Positions 38,508-48,473 of a stretch of 53,917 nucleotides of DNA are shown here, in pieces. Under the pieces are notes generated by a model. It worked only from the letters and a program-made list of their open reading frames with translations. It was not told where the DNA came from and did no database searches. The DNA lies in assembly GCA_046758445.1 (NCBI GenBank), contig JBHIAE010000020.1, forward strand, positions 1-53,917, given 5' to 3'. Positions within the stretch are counted from its first letter, which is position 1; every line of letters starts with the position of its first letter. Source of the DNA: Candidatus Thorarchaeota archaeon (GTDB lineage: Archaea > Asgardarchaeota > Thorarchaeia > Thorarchaeales > Thorarchaeaceae). The position numbers were made by a program, and so were the translations under genes.

Positions 38508-39821
38508 ATGAAAATGATACTTGAGAAATACATAGAGCGTCTTCTCAAAGAAGGAAAACTCAGGAAGATAGACACTAGCATATCCAAGAATCTGGAAATA
38601 GCCGGCGTCCTGAATTCAATGGAGCCCATGCCAGCACTCTTTGATGATGTCAAGGAGTCCGAGTTCAGAGTTGCTGGTAATCTTTACTGCACAAAAGAGC
38701 AGATTGCAGACTATTTCGACATAGAGATCAAGGAAATCATCCCAACACTGGCTAGTGCCATTGAGAGTCGCAGTCCACCAGAAACGACTGATGATGCTCC
38801 ATGTCAAGAGATTGTGAGAAGAGATGTGGATTTGGACTTGCTGCCAATACTGCTTCACAATGAAGTGGACGGTGGACCCTATATCTCATCAGGAGTTGTG
38901 GTGGCCGCAGACTCTGACTATGGTCAGAATCTGGACTTTCACAGGGCAATGCAGATTGAGAAGGATCGGATGGTAGCAAGAGTTGTACGCGGGCGTGACT
39001 TTCACAAGTTCCTTGAGAAGAACGGCGAACTTGATGTTGCCTTTTGTATTGGCAACACTCCAGAAGTCTTGATCGCAGCAGCCACGTCAGTTGAAACGGG
39101 TGTAAATGAGCTGGAGATTGCAAATGCCTTGAAACCAATCCGAGTGACTAAGGCAAAGACCGTGGACCTGATGATTCCCGCTGACTGTGAGTTCGTTCTC
39201 GAAGGAAGAGTCACTCTGGAAGAGAAACATGATGAGGGCCCATTCATAGATTTGACTGAAACCGTGGACGTCATTCGGCAGGAGCCTGTATTCGAAGTCA
39301 AGAAGATTACTCACAGGAAGAATGCAATTTGGCAGGCATTGCTACCAGGGCGGCTCGAACACAAGATACTCATGGGAATGCCTCGTGAACCTACAGTATT
39401 CAGGAACATCAAGGAGCGCGGAGTTGATGTCCTGGATGTAAACATCACTCCCGGTGGCACAAGTTGGCTGCACATTGCTGTGCAGATTAGAAAGAAACAT
39501 GAAGACGATGGACTGAAGGCGATTGAGGGGGCTTTTACAGGTCATCGAAGTGCGAAACATGTCTGGGTCTATGACGGGGATATTGACATCTATAACGAAG
39601 AGGAGAGAGAGTGGGCCATGGCAACCCGATTCCAAGGAGATGTGAACCTGCTGATAAAGGACAAAGAACCGGGTAGCTCGCTGGACCCAAGTGCTGAGCC
39701 TGGTACAAAGATGACAACTAAGATTGGCTTTGACTGCACAAAGGTACTAGATACCAAAGGTAAGAGCTTCGACAAGGCGGAGTTTCCAAAGGTCGATTTG
39801 AAGAAGTTCATAGGTGAATGA
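38508..39821 (+). CDS. UbiD-family decarboxylase (likely trans-anhydromevalonate 5-phosphate decarboxylase)
   Basis: DGGPYI, HR, E.VLEG, EGPF, WAMATRFQ, SSLDPS; operon context. Confidence 0.88.
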   Translation: MKMILEKYIERLLKEGKLRKIDTSISKNLEIAGVLNSMEPMPALFDDVKESEFRVAGNLYCTKEQIADYFDIEIKEIIPTLASAIESRSPPETTDDAPCQEIVRRDVDLDLLPILLHNEVDGGPYISSGVVVAADSDYGQNLDFHRAMQIEKDRMVARVVRGRDFHKFLEKNGELDVAFCIGNTPEVLIAAATSVETGVNELEIANALKPIRVTKAKTVDLMIPADCEFVLEGRVTLEEKHDEGPFIDLTETVDVIRQEPVFEVKKITHRKNAIWQALLPGRLEHKILMGMPREPTVFRNIKERGVDVLDVNITPGGTSWLHIAVQIRKKHEDDGLKAIEGAFTGHRSAKHVWVYDGDIDIYNEEEREWAMATRFQGDVNLLIKDKEPGSSLDPSAEPGTKMTTKIGFDCTKVLDTKGKSFDKAEFPKVDLKKFIGE

Positions 39822-41010
39822 TATGGCACTTGAACTCACGTCAGAAGAACAGGATATGCTTGAGGGCAAGTATGGTAATGCCACAAGGAAGGCCATGGAG
39901 ATTATTGCCACATTAGGCGAGATCTATGGCGCTGAACGACTGATTCCTGTTGTTAGCGTCCAGATAGCGGGTGTTTCATACCATAATCTAGGAGAGGCCG
40001 GTCTAGATTACCTCTCAGAGATGGCAGAGGATGGTCAGACGCGCGTTCTGACGACTCTAAATCCCGCGGGTATGGACCTTTTGGAGTGGAGGAAGCATGG
40101 GATTAGCGAAGAATTCGCGGAGAACCAGCAGAGAGTTGTCGATGCCTTCTCAAAGATGGGGGTGGTAACGACCTGCACTTGCACACCCTATCTGATCGGC
40201 AACCTGCCACACTATGGTGAACACATCGCTTGGGCAGAGTCCTCAGCTGTCTGCTTCGCGAACTCTGTGATTGGTGCTCGTACAAACAGGGAAGGAGGGC
40301 CCAGTGCCCTTGCTTCTGCACTCACTGGCAAGACTGCGGAGTATGGCTTTCATCATGAGAAGAACAGAATGGCACAGGTAGGCTATGAGATAGGAACAGA
40401 GTTGAAGACAACTGATGATTTTGGTCTGCTGGGGAAGGTCATTGGGGACCGTACCGGGAAGCAGATTCCCTATATTACCGGAGTGTCTCATGCTACCACG
40501 GACCATCTAAGGTCGTTCTGTGCATCTGTCGCGACATATGGGGGGATTGCTCTCTTCCATATGGAGGGGATTACGCCCAACCGAACAACAGAACCTGAGA
40601 TTGCAGAGATTGTGACCCAAGATGACCTTGAGAAAGCCAGACAGGAACTCGATGACGAGGCCGCACAGATTGACTTCATCAGCGTAGGATGCCCACATGC
40701 AAGCATCGCGGACATAGCCAAAGTGGCCGCGATGCTTGACGGCAAGAAGGTGGCAGAAGGAAAGACTGTGTGGATAACCACAGCGAAACCGACCAAGGAC
40801 GTGGCCATCAAGATGGGCTACTATGACAAGATAGAGAAAGCTGGTGCGTTCTTGGTTAGTGATGCGTGTTGTGCAGTGGCACCACTAAAAGGCCGATTCC
40901 AGGGCCTGATGACAGACTCAGCAAAGGCTTGTTTCTATGCACGAGGAAAGAACAGGTTCAATGTGAAGATTCGAACAATAGATGAATGCATCAAGGAGGC
41001 GGTTTCGTGA
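39814..41010 (+). CDS. Aconitase X catalytic subunit (likely phosphomevalonate dehydratase large subunit)
   Basis: GVSY.NLG, TTLNP.G, TCTCTPY, AWAESSA, GARTNREG, GCPH, TDSAK. Confidence 0.9.
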   Translation: MNDMALELTSEEQDMLEGKYGNATRKAMEIIATLGEIYGAERLIPVVSVQIAGVSYHNLGEAGLDYLSEMAEDGQTRVLTTLNPAGMDLLEWRKHGISEEFAENQQRVVDAFSKMGVVTTCTCTPYLIGNLPHYGEHIAWAESSAVCFANSVIGARTNREGGPSALASALTGKTAEYGFHHEKNRMAQVGYEIGTELKTTDDFGLLGKVIGDRTGKQIPYITGVSHATTDHLRSFCASVATYGGIALFHMEGITPNRTTEPEIAEIVTQDDLEKARQELDDEAAQIDFISVGCPHASIADIAKVAAMLDGKKVAEGKTVWITTAKPTKDVAIKMGYYDKIEKAGAFLVSDACCAVAPLKGRFQGLMTDSAKACFYARGKNRFNVKIRTIDECIKEAVS

Positions 41011-41408
41011 CTGAGCTCCAAGGACGCAAGATCTACAAGGGAAAGGCGGAAGGCGAGGCGCTTGTTACTGCAATGGATATCAGTTTCTATGGAGGAGTTG
41101 ACCCCGAAACTGGTGAGGTTGTGGAGAAGAATCACCCCTTAGAAGGCAAGTCAGTGGCTGGAAAGATACTGGTCATGCCGAGTGGGAAGGGTTCGACTGT
41201 CGGATCATATGTTCTGTATGCTCTAAAGAAGGCCGACAAGGCTCCTGCTGCCATCGTGAACAAGGAAACGGACCCAGTCATTGCGGTTGGGAGCATAATC
41301 TCAGAGATCCCTACTGTAGACCATATTGATATTGATAAGATTGAAACCGGACAGTCAGTGGAAGTGGACGCCGACCGGGGCGTCGTTTCCATCCACGAGA
41401 AGAGCTAG
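41007..41408 (+). CDS. Aconitase X swivel subunit (DUF126; phosphomevalonate dehydratase small subunit)
   Basis: ISFYGGVDP.TG, HPL.G.S, GKGSTVGSY; GTG start overlaps the upstream stop. Confidence 0.9.
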   Translation: MTELQGRKIYKGKAEGEALVTAMDISFYGGVDPETGEVVEKNHPLEGKSVAGKILVMPSGKGSTVGSYVLYALKKADKAPAAIVNKETDPVIAVGSIISEIPTVDHIDIDKIETGQSVEVDADRGVVSIHEKS

Positions 41409-42043
41409 AACCGCTGCATCTGAGGCTCAAAGTCATCCGGAGTGAAGGTGGTTTCACCATCTTCAGGGATTGTTCCCCGCTCCCTCAAGACCTGACGGGT
41501 TAACAAGAAGTAGATAAGTGCCAAGGCTTTCCTGCCTCTGTTGTTCGAAGGCAAGACGAGATCTACGCCTGTTGTCACATTGTCAGTATCACAAAGAGCG
41601 ATGACAGGAACTCCGATTTTGCCTGCCTCTGAGAGTGCTTGCTGGTCAGTTCGCGGGTCAGTTAGAATGACCAAATCAGGCTCTACGTAGACACGAGGAC
41701 CTGCGATATTGGGATTGGTGAGTGATCCAGGCACAAACCGGTCTGTGAAAGCATGTGCGCCTGTGTAGTAGGCAAAGCTTTCCACGGGGCGCTTTCCATA
41801 GACTCGACCTGACACCACAACGACCTTTGAACGCTCGAATCGTGCAATGAACTTGGCCGCTACTCTGATGCGTTCGTCTGTCTTTCTGACATCCAGAACG
41901 TATAGTCCAATTGGACGTTGTCTGTAGACAAATGGATCCATGTCCTGCGTCTTAACCTGCGTCCCGATATGGCAGCCAGCAGCCAGATACTTGTCCATTG
42001 GTGTCAATAGTTCAGCTTCGGGGATTTCTATCTCGCTCATCAC
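41405..42043 (-). CDS. rps2: 30S ribosomal protein S2
   Basis: [37 protein letters not shown]. Confidence 0.97.
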   Translation of the reverse strand: MMSEIEIPEAELLTPMDKYLAAGCHIGTQVKTQDMDPFVYRQRPIGLYVLDVRKTDERIRVAAKFIARFERSKVVVVSGRVYGKRPVESFAYYTGAHAFTDRFVPGSLTNPNIAGPRVYVEPDLVILTDPRTDQQALSEAGKIGVPVIALCDTDNVTTGVDLVLPSNNRGRKALALIYFLLTRQVLRERGTIPEDGETTFTPDDFEPQMQRF

Positions 42044-42258
42044 TGCTTGCCCTCCACCACCTCAGTTGTAGCAAACGCCATGAAGCTGTCAATGATGTCG
42101 ATATGTGACAAGAGCATTCTCCGACAACAGTACCTATGAAGTCCTAAACTGTCAAGGACTACTGCTGGGTCCTCTCCCTGGCGAACTTGACGCTTGAATT
42201 GCTCGAACTTGTCAGCAACCACTTTTCCACATGTGAAACAACGGACTGGTATGATCAT
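42040..42258 (-). CDS. rpoN: RNA polymerase subunit N (Rpo10)
   Basis: [12 protein letters not shown]...RYCCRRM. Confidence 0.98.
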   Translation of the reverse strand: MIIPVRCFTCGKVVADKFEQFKRQVRQGEDPAVVLDSLGLHRYCCRRMLLSHIDIIDSFMAFATTEVVEGKQ

Positions 42259-42267
42259 CTTGATTCC

Positions 42268-42672
42268 TCACCTGTATGATTTCTGATAGCGGGAGCGTGC
42301 CGAGGGCCCACCGAACTTCTTGGGCTCTGTGCGTCGAGGATCCCCAACTAGCATTGTCCTATCGTGCTCCAGCATTCGCGACCGCGCTTCAAAGTCTTGA
42401 CTCATTCGGAACAGACCAGTAGCAACGGCCATTCGTACGGCATCAGCTTGGCTCATGAAACCTCCACCCTGAACTCGTACCCTGATATCGTACTTCTTCC
42501 AGTCTTCTCCAAAGAGAATCAGCGGCTCCATTACCTTGAGTCTGACTATCTCTGGCTGGAGCACCTCGAGAGGTCTTCCATTCACTCTAATGCGACCCTG
42601 GCCATTCTTGATTGTGGCCTTTGCCAGTGATGTCTTTCTCTTTCCAGTGGAAACGACAACTCTGATAGACAT
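42268..42672 (-). CDS. rps9: 30S ribosomal protein S9
   Basis: GKRKT, GGG..SQADA, GDPRR.EPKKFGG..AR..YQKSYR. Confidence 0.97.
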   Translation of the reverse strand: MSIRVVVSTGKRKTSLAKATIKNGQGRIRVNGRPLEVLQPEIVRLKVMEPLILFGEDWKKYDIRVRVQGGGFMSQADAVRMAVATGLFRMSQDFEARSRMLEHDRTMLVGDPRRTEPKKFGGPSARSRYQKSYR

Positions 42673-42673
42673 C

Positions 42674-43126
42674 TCATGTGACCTCCGGATTCCTCCATCC
42701 GAGTTCATTACTCAGATCTTCAACAGTGATGTGTTTTCGTGTAAGACTCTTGTAGCGTGAGCCCTCAAGTACAATCTTCTCAGAGTCCATCAGACTCTCA
42801 GGCACTCCGATGTAGACTTTGACGCGTTTGTAGGCCTCCTTGCCACGAGGGGTAGGCCATGGTAGCATTCCTCGAATCATCCGACGGACCATCTTGTCGG
42901 GACGGCGGTGATGGAAAGGACCTTTTCTTGGATTGTATGAGGTACGAATGTTGAACTTCTCCTTGTAAGCTTCAATGACGGTGCGCCTGTCACCGGTGAT
43001 AATGGCCTTCTCGGCGTTCACGATTGCAACAGTGTCACCTAGGAGAACAGCCTTGGCGACCTTAGAGGCCAATCTTCCTATGACCATGTCCTCTGCATCG
43101 TAGATTATGACTTCTTTCTCGCTCAT
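42674..43126 (-). CDS. rpl13: 50S ribosomal protein L13
   Basis: GRLAS.VAK, VNAEK..ITG, GPFH.R.P, RGMLP. Confidence 0.97.
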   Translation of the reverse strand: MSEKEVIIYDAEDMVIGRLASKVAKAVLLGDTVAIVNAEKAIITGDRRTVIEAYKEKFNIRTSYNPRKGPFHHRRPDKMVRRMIRGMLPWPTPRGKEAYKRVKVYIGVPESLMDSEKIVLEGSRYKSLTRKHITVEDLSNELGWRNPEVT

Positions 43127-43135
43127 TGATACCAC

Positions 43136-43498
43136 CTAGATGATGATTGTCACTCCCTTCCCCTTGGGGACTTGGTCAAGTAGTTCGTCTATGCTGATTA
43201 GTGACCCTCCTGCACCCACGATTACCCCCCTAGCTGAAGCTGAGGCATTCAGGGCAGCAACAGTCACTTTGTGCGGGAGACTTCCTGAGCCTAGGACCTT
43301 TCCGGGCACTACGACGACATCGCCTGCACGAGTATGGCGACCTATCTTCCCGACATTCACTGCAGGACGCTTTCTCGCAGGCCGTGCCACTAGTTCTGCG
43401 ACTCTCTTCCAAATCTTAACATTGTGTTTCGCAGATGTCTTTCTGAGCGTATTGATCAATGCACGAGTGTTGGGGTCAGTTGGGCCGGATCTTACCAA
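43136..43498 (-). CDS. rpl18e: 50S ribosomal protein L18e
   Basis: IWKRVA..., VNVGKI, VVPGKVLGSG. Confidence 0.96.
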   Translation of the reverse strand: MVRSGPTDPNTRALINTLRKTSAKHNVKIWKRVAELVARPARKRPAVNVGKIGRHTRAGDVVVVPGKVLGSGSLPHKVTVAALNASASARGVIVGAGGSLISIDELLDQVPKGKGVTIII

Positions 43499-43509
43499 TT
43501 GTACTCACC

Positions 43510-44310
43510 TCATAGTTTACCAACAAAGTCAAGAGTCTCTCTGAATCTCGTTCTCAGATTCTCGGCTGCCTTCTCTACGATTGTTTCAGGCGGCAGTGCA
43601 CCCGTGGACTCAACCCTGAACAAGATGGCGTTCTTCTTAGACCCTATAGTGATTGCCTCGGGCTCACATTCCTGAACACACATCTCACACATGTTACAGT
43701 CTAGAGTGTTCTGTGTCACCAGTGTGTCCTTGTCTATCACGAAGATCTTCCTTGGACAGACCTCGACACATGCCTCACATTTAGTGCATTTCTCCTTGTC
43801 CACCTCGACTATGGGCACGTGTTTGTAGGCCACTGTAGACACCGGCTGGAACTTGGCATTCTCAGCTCCAGTACCTAGACGAGCATACGCCTCGATTATC
43901 AAGCGTTGATTGGGAGCGAGCTTGACAAGAGGAATGTCATTCGTTGCAGGAACCACCTTTGGGTCCTGTGAAACGAGATCGCCAGAAAAGACGACAAGGT
44001 CCTCACTTCCAGATTCCTTCTCCAGAGTGAGTGTACACTGGCAGAGGCTACAGCCTTTTCCCTCGCAATCACACTCTTCGGGCAAGTTGTAGCTCTCAAG
44101 ATCCGTCACAAGAGGTACCAGTCCAAGTCTATGAGCAAGTATCTCATCGTACATAACGCTGGTGTTCTCGAGCACAAGCACCTCGTCAATTGTCATTGCG
44201 GGCACTCTAGTAAGCATAGTTCTCCGAAGTGCATTTGCAAATACAACATCAATGCCTTCCACGAGAAAGTGGATTGCATCGTCTTGCTTGTGAATGATAG
44301 TGATTTCCAT
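43510..44310 (-). CDS. rpoD: RNA polymerase subunit D (Rpo3) with ferredoxin-like insert
   Basis: ANALRR, NTS..YDE.LAHRLGLVP, two CxxCxxCxxxCP/E motifs, VESTG.L. Confidence 0.96.
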   Translation of the reverse strand: MEITIIHKQDDAIHFLVEGIDVVFANALRRTMLTRVPAMTIDEVLVLENTSVMYDEILAHRLGLVPLVTDLESYNLPEECDCEGKGCSLCQCTLTLEKESGSEDLVVFSGDLVSQDPKVVPATNDIPLVKLAPNQRLIIEAYARLGTGAENAKFQPVSTVAYKHVPIVEVDKEKCTKCEACVEVCPRKIFVIDKDTLVTQNTLDCNMCEMCVQECEPEAITIGSKKNAILFRVESTGALPPETIVEKAAENLRTRFRETLDFVGKL

Positions 44311-44484
44311 TGACTCACCAGACCACAGAGGTGTTCACCCAAAACACATTATCCCGGACGGACTCGCTACAAGAGTCGAGTTCAGGTAGCTCTGTCGCCC
44401 ATGCCCTGGGCAATTTCCTCAGAAAGAAGTCTGTTTAAAAGCGTTGCCTTAGGACTTTGCAGACGAACTGCGAATTGCAGCTGT

Positions 44485-44982
44485 CTAGGCTGCTATCTGT
44501 ACCATGTCTTTGAGACCGTTGACAATCACTTTGTATCCATCAAGGCGCTGTTTTGGATCAATGGCAATCATTCCATAAGTGGGAACACCAAGAAGGTCCT
44601 CAACAGACCGAGGCTTCATTGATCCCGGAATATCCTGTTTGTTGGCTATCGCAATCACTTGTGCTCCACTTAGCTTGTCCTTGTACTTGTGGAGTAGTTG
44701 ACGAGTCTTCAGGACAGCCTTTGGATTGCTCTCAGTGACCACGAGGACCATCTTGCTCCCTTTGAGAAAGCTGGCCCACATGAACTCAAAGTGAGATTGA
44801 CCCCCCATCTCGAAGAGTGTGACCTTCGTGGTGTCATCAATCATGATTGTACCTACGTCGCAACCGACAGTGGGCTGATAGTTCGCCTTAAGATCCTCAG
44901 TATCATCTGTGAGAAGCTTGATGAGTGTGGACTTGCCTGCATATCCGGAACCCATCAGGGCGACCTTGATGTATCGGGTCAT
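44485..44982 (-). CDS. Small Ras-superfamily (Arf/Rab-like) GTPase
   Basis: G1 GSGYAGKST, G2 PTVG, G3-like EMGGQ, G4 NKQD; about 165 aa. Confidence 0.88.
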   Translation of the reverse strand: MTRYIKVALMGSGYAGKSTLIKLLTDDTEDLKANYQPTVGCDVGTIMIDDTTKVTLFEMGGQSHFEFMWASFLKGSKMVLVVTESNPKAVLKTRQLLHKYKDKLSGAQVIAIANKQDIPGSMKPRSVEDLLGVPTYGMIAIDPKQRLDGYKVIVNGLKDMVQIAA

Positions 44983-45187
44983 ATTGCTTGACTCCAAGGG
45001 TCAATACGTCAGTTGCGGTGCGCGAAGATATCAGCTGATGTATTTTCTAGGTAACACTGGCTATTGCCCCGGCGCCGGGTCCATGTACTACTTAAGACTA
45101 CTGTAACTGCTCAATGACTACGACAGTTCGGCGCCTAATAGAAGGGCTTAACAATCGGGCGGTGACCATCAGCGAGGAGCTGATTGG

Positions 45188-46189
45188 ATGTCCACTGTAG
45201 ACCCCCATTTCATCGTTATTGAGAGAGGGGCTCTAAGCAAAGTGGATGACTTCTTGGAGGACTACCAGCGACCAGTATTCATAACCGATGATCTCCTGTA
45301 TTCTGAGTACAGAGAAAGTGTTGAGAATCTGATGGGTCAGGAACAGACTTGGCTTCTTGTGTCTGAGTATGAGAATGATGTGCCTTCCAAGGTCGTTGAC
45401 AGGGATGTAATACTAGGATTTGGAGGTGGCAGGAGTTTAGATACTGCCAAACTTCTGGCTAGAAACACGGGACTAGCTTGGATAGCAGTGCCAACAGCCG
45501 CCTCACATGATGGAATAGCCAGTGATGTTGCTTCTGTGAGTCATGATGGATACAAGTACTCAGTGAAGTGTAAGAGTCCCATTGGTGTCATAGCAGATCT
45601 CTCCATAATCGAGAGAGCTCCACCTAAACTGAGGCTCGCAGGGATTGGGGACATCATCTCAAAGGCTTCCAGCCTAGCAGAATGGCGGCTGGCACATGAA
45701 GAACGTAATGAGCCCTTTGAGAAGAGAGTCTATGCGTTGGTCGAGTCTGCACTAGAGTCTGTTCTGAATAGTGAGAGTCTGGAAACCTTGGTCAGGGCAG
45801 AAATAGACGCAGGAAGGGCCATGAGTATCTTTGGCAGCTCTAGACCCTGCTCAGGCACAGAACATGCGATTTCTCATTCGATGGACAGGCAGTCTGTCGA
45901 GCTCCATGGTCTTCAGGTTGCCTTTGCGACTCCGCTGTGTCTATACTACCTCCGTGAGGCGGGCTATGCAGACTACCAGGCAGAGGACTTGCATGGATTC
46001 CTAGTTGAGAGAGAGATGCCCGCAACCCTTGAGGATTTGGATGTTTCAAATGACCAGCTCCTCGACCATGTGCATCATGCCCTTGACATCATGAAACGTA
46101 GAAGCCGATATTCAGTTCTACAACATCTTGAGGTAGAGGACCCAGACATGTTGAAAACCCTGACGAAACTCGGATATTCTGAGGATTGA
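45188..46189 (+). CDS. egsA: sn-glycerol-1-phosphate dehydrogenase
   Basis: GFGGG..LDTAK, VPTAASHDGIAS, AG.GD, SRPCSG.EH..SH, HG.QV. Confidence 0.92.
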   Translation: MSTVDPHFIVIERGALSKVDDFLEDYQRPVFITDDLLYSEYRESVENLMGQEQTWLLVSEYENDVPSKVVDRDVILGFGGGRSLDTAKLLARNTGLAWIAVPTAASHDGIASDVASVSHDGYKYSVKCKSPIGVIADLSIIERAPPKLRLAGIGDIISKASSLAEWRLAHEERNEPFEKRVYALVESALESVLNSESLETLVRAEIDAGRAMSIFGSSRPCSGTEHAISHSMDRQSVELHGLQVAFATPLCLYYLREAGYADYQAEDLHGFLVEREMPATLEDLDVSNDQLLDHVHHALDIMKRRSRYSVLQHLEVEDPDMLKTLTKLGYSED

Positions 46190-46280
46190 AGCTTCCGAAC
46201 AGAAGAGAACAGCCTACTACACTTCGGCACTGATTTCTTGTTACCGGGAAGATGGGAGAACATGCCGTTGTGGAGCATTG

Positions 46281-46493
46281 TCAAGATGGAGAAATCTTAG
46301 AGGGTTCTCTTTGCCTCTGACAAAGTATGTACCATGTTGCGATAGTGAAGAACATGAGCAGCCAGTTTGCACTCTCCAAATCTAACATCCACTGGGGTGA
46401 GAGATTAGTAAGTGTAACCGCAAACAGAAAGAATACGATAGTTTCTACAGCAAATGCGTACCCGAGTGCCCGGCAGAGGACGTGTCTTCTCAT
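46281..46493 (-). CDS. Small two-TM membrane protein of unknown function
   Basis: 70-aa ATG ORF with two hydrophobic helices in an otherwise empty gap. Confidence 0.55.
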   Translation of the reverse strand: MRRHVLCRALGYAFAVETIVFFLFAVTLTNLSPQWMLDLESANWLLMFFTIATWYILCQRQREPSKISPS

Positions 46494-46776
46494 GACTAGT
46501 ACTGATGTTACATCACTTGGTATTAGAAGATTCTATACTAGTTCTGAATCATTGACACTCCGAGGTACAAGGACATTCTTCCGCCCATACGAATTGATGG
46601 CAATACGTTTCAGTAGTAGTCAGTTGTTGTGCGAAGAAACCCGCAAACGGAAGTTCTGAATAACCCATTGGGAAATGATTAAAAGAGAAATCATTGCTCG
46701 GCGGGTGAGAACGCATCCGGAGATGGGTGTGTCCGATTTGTATCAATACCAATGAAGTGCGAACAGAGGTAGAAAA

Positions 46777-47148
46777 ATGCCAAAGCCGTCATTTGTAGAA
46801 TGGGAAGCTACTGAGGAGCTTCAGAAGAAGGCCCTAGAGGCTCTAGAGATAGCCAAAGACACAGGCCGTATTAAGAAAGGAATCAATGAAACCACAAAGA
46901 GCATTGAGCGTGGACTTGCCCGCCTAGTGATTGTCGCAGAAGACGTGGAGCCCCCAGAGGTGATTATGTACCTTCCAGGTCTTTGCGACGACCGTAAAGC
47001 CCCCTACATCTTTGTACCCAACAAGAGAGATCTTGGGATTGCCGCGGGAATTGAGAGACCCACTGCCGCAGTTGCTATTGTTGTCGAAGGGAAAGCAAAG
47101 GATCTACTTACCGACGTTGTCGAGAAGATTGGTGCTCTACGTAAGTAA
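46777..47148 (+). CDS. rpl7ae: 50S ribosomal protein L7Ae
   Basis: KKGINETTKSIERG.A.LV..AEDV.P, LG.AAG. Confidence 0.97.
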   Translation: MPKPSFVEWEATEELQKKALEALEIAKDTGRIKKGINETTKSIERGLARLVIVAEDVEPPEVIMYLPGLCDDRKAPYIFVPNKRDLGIAAGIERPTAAVAIVVEGKAKDLLTDVVEKIGALRK

Positions 47149-47168
47149 CTCTTGGGTGATGGCTTTCA

Positions 47169-47399
47169 ATGAGCAAGAAGGACGAAGAAACTGTAACTCC
47201 TGCAATACCCGCTGAAGTTATTCAGTTGCTGGGAAGAACCGGAGTGACAGGAGAGATCACTCAGGTTCGTGTGAAGATACTGGATGGCAGGGACAAAGGA
47301 CGAGTCCTCACACGTAACGTGAAGGGGCCAGTCAGAATGGGGGACATTCTCATTCTGCGTGAAACCGAACGCGAAGCCCGCAAAATGAGGAGACGTTAA
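47169..47399 (+). CDS. rps28e: 30S ribosomal protein S28e
   Basis: [31 protein letters not shown]. Confidence 0.97.
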   Translation: MSKKDEETVTPAIPAEVIQLLGRTGVTGEITQVRVKILDGRDKGRVLTRNVKGPVRMGDILILRETEREARKMRRR

Positions 47400-47401
47400 T
47401 C

Positions 47402-47599
47402 ATGGTAGGCACTCAGAAATGCGTCTTCTGTGGAACGGATATCGAACCAGGTACGGGTTCGGCTTTCGTGCAGACAAAGGACGGTGCAGTGCTATGGTTC
47501 TGTTCCAATAAGTGCAAAGTGGCCCGGCTGAAGCGTAAAATGAAGCCGAGAGCTACGAAGTGGACTGCGGGCTTTGAGAAGGGCGGTAAGGCCCGGTAA
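47402..47599 (+). CDS. rpl24e: 50S ribosomal protein L24e
   Basis: C.FCG..IEPGTG...DG....FCS.KC....KPR..KWT. Confidence 0.97.
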   Translation: MVGTQKCVFCGTDIEPGTGSAFVQTKDGAVLWFCSNKCKVARLKRKMKPRATKWTAGFEKGGKAR

Positions 47600-47659
47600 C
47601 CTACTCTTCCTAGAGATTAGGACTTACTCAGGCGGCCCTCAACGTGCCACCAGAGGTTT

Positions 47660-48322
47660 CTATCGCTTCTCGACCTCTTCTTTCACGAAGTCAAAGACAG
47701 CCAGGGCTAAGGCATTGATTTCGCTCTCATCGACTCCGTCACTGTCCTTGCCAAAGAGCTCCTCCAATGATTCTAGCACGGTACGTGAAGTATTACCCCT
47801 CTCGATTGACGAACGCACTAGGTCACGGATCTCTCCTGTATGGTCCACACCTGTTGAGGCATACTTCTCGACATAGGCGTGAGCAGCACTCTCTGCATCG
47901 TCAGACTCCACCAACCCGCCCTCTTCGGTCCAAAGTCTGATTTCAGTTGCTGCAGTTTCAGGGCCATCAGATGCATGTGCAATGTTGATTCCAGACCATA
48001 CTCCGTACTTGCCGCGAAGCGACTCTGGCGTTGCCTCTTGCACGAATGTGGCACCAAGGGCGTTCCTGACACCTTGAATTACACCTTCAGCCTCGAGGAT
48101 CATCGCGAGGACTCGAGCGGATGTGATGAACTGGACCAGCCAAGAGAAGAAAGGCTTCTCCTTGTGAACATCGTAGTGTAGTCTGGCCAATGGCTCGGTG
48201 ACCTTCATCTCCTTGAACGCCTTGACACGATAGCCGCGGTGCATGAGGTCCTTGAGCACTAGGGCACCGATGGTTCTCCTGACTACGCCGTCAGGTTTGA
48301 TTATCACTAATGAGCGCTCCAT
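47660..48322 (-). CDS. ndk: Nucleoside-diphosphate kinase with C-terminal extension
   Basis: ERSLVIIKPDGV, HY..H.EKPFF, SLRG, NIAHASD catalytic His. Confidence 0.92.
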   Translation of the reverse strand: MERSLVIIKPDGVVRRTIGALVLKDLMHRGYRVKAFKEMKVTEPLARLHYDVHKEKPFFSWLVQFITSARVLAMILEAEGVIQGVRNALGATFVQEATPESLRGKYGVWSGINIAHASDGPETAATEIRLWTEEGGLVESDDAESAAHAYVEKYASTGVDHTGEIRDLVRSSIERGNTSRTVLESLEELFGKDSDGVDESEINALALAVFDFVKEEVEKR

Positions 48323-48473
48323 GATTCTCACTTCTGCCACTTGTCTTGGTGTCACGACGCTTGTTGGGGCTATTTTAGACTTGTGACCAGACGTTTCAGA
48401 CTGGTTAGCCTAGGCAATAGTTTCAAATACATTAGCACGTGCTCGGCTGCAAGTCTGCTTGTGATGTGTCACT

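Noticed and set aside
46494-46680. Possible C/D-box sRNA (TGATG...CTGA words) upstream of rpl7ae
   Set aside because: The boxes are degenerate and there are no clear D'/C' boxes or terminal stem
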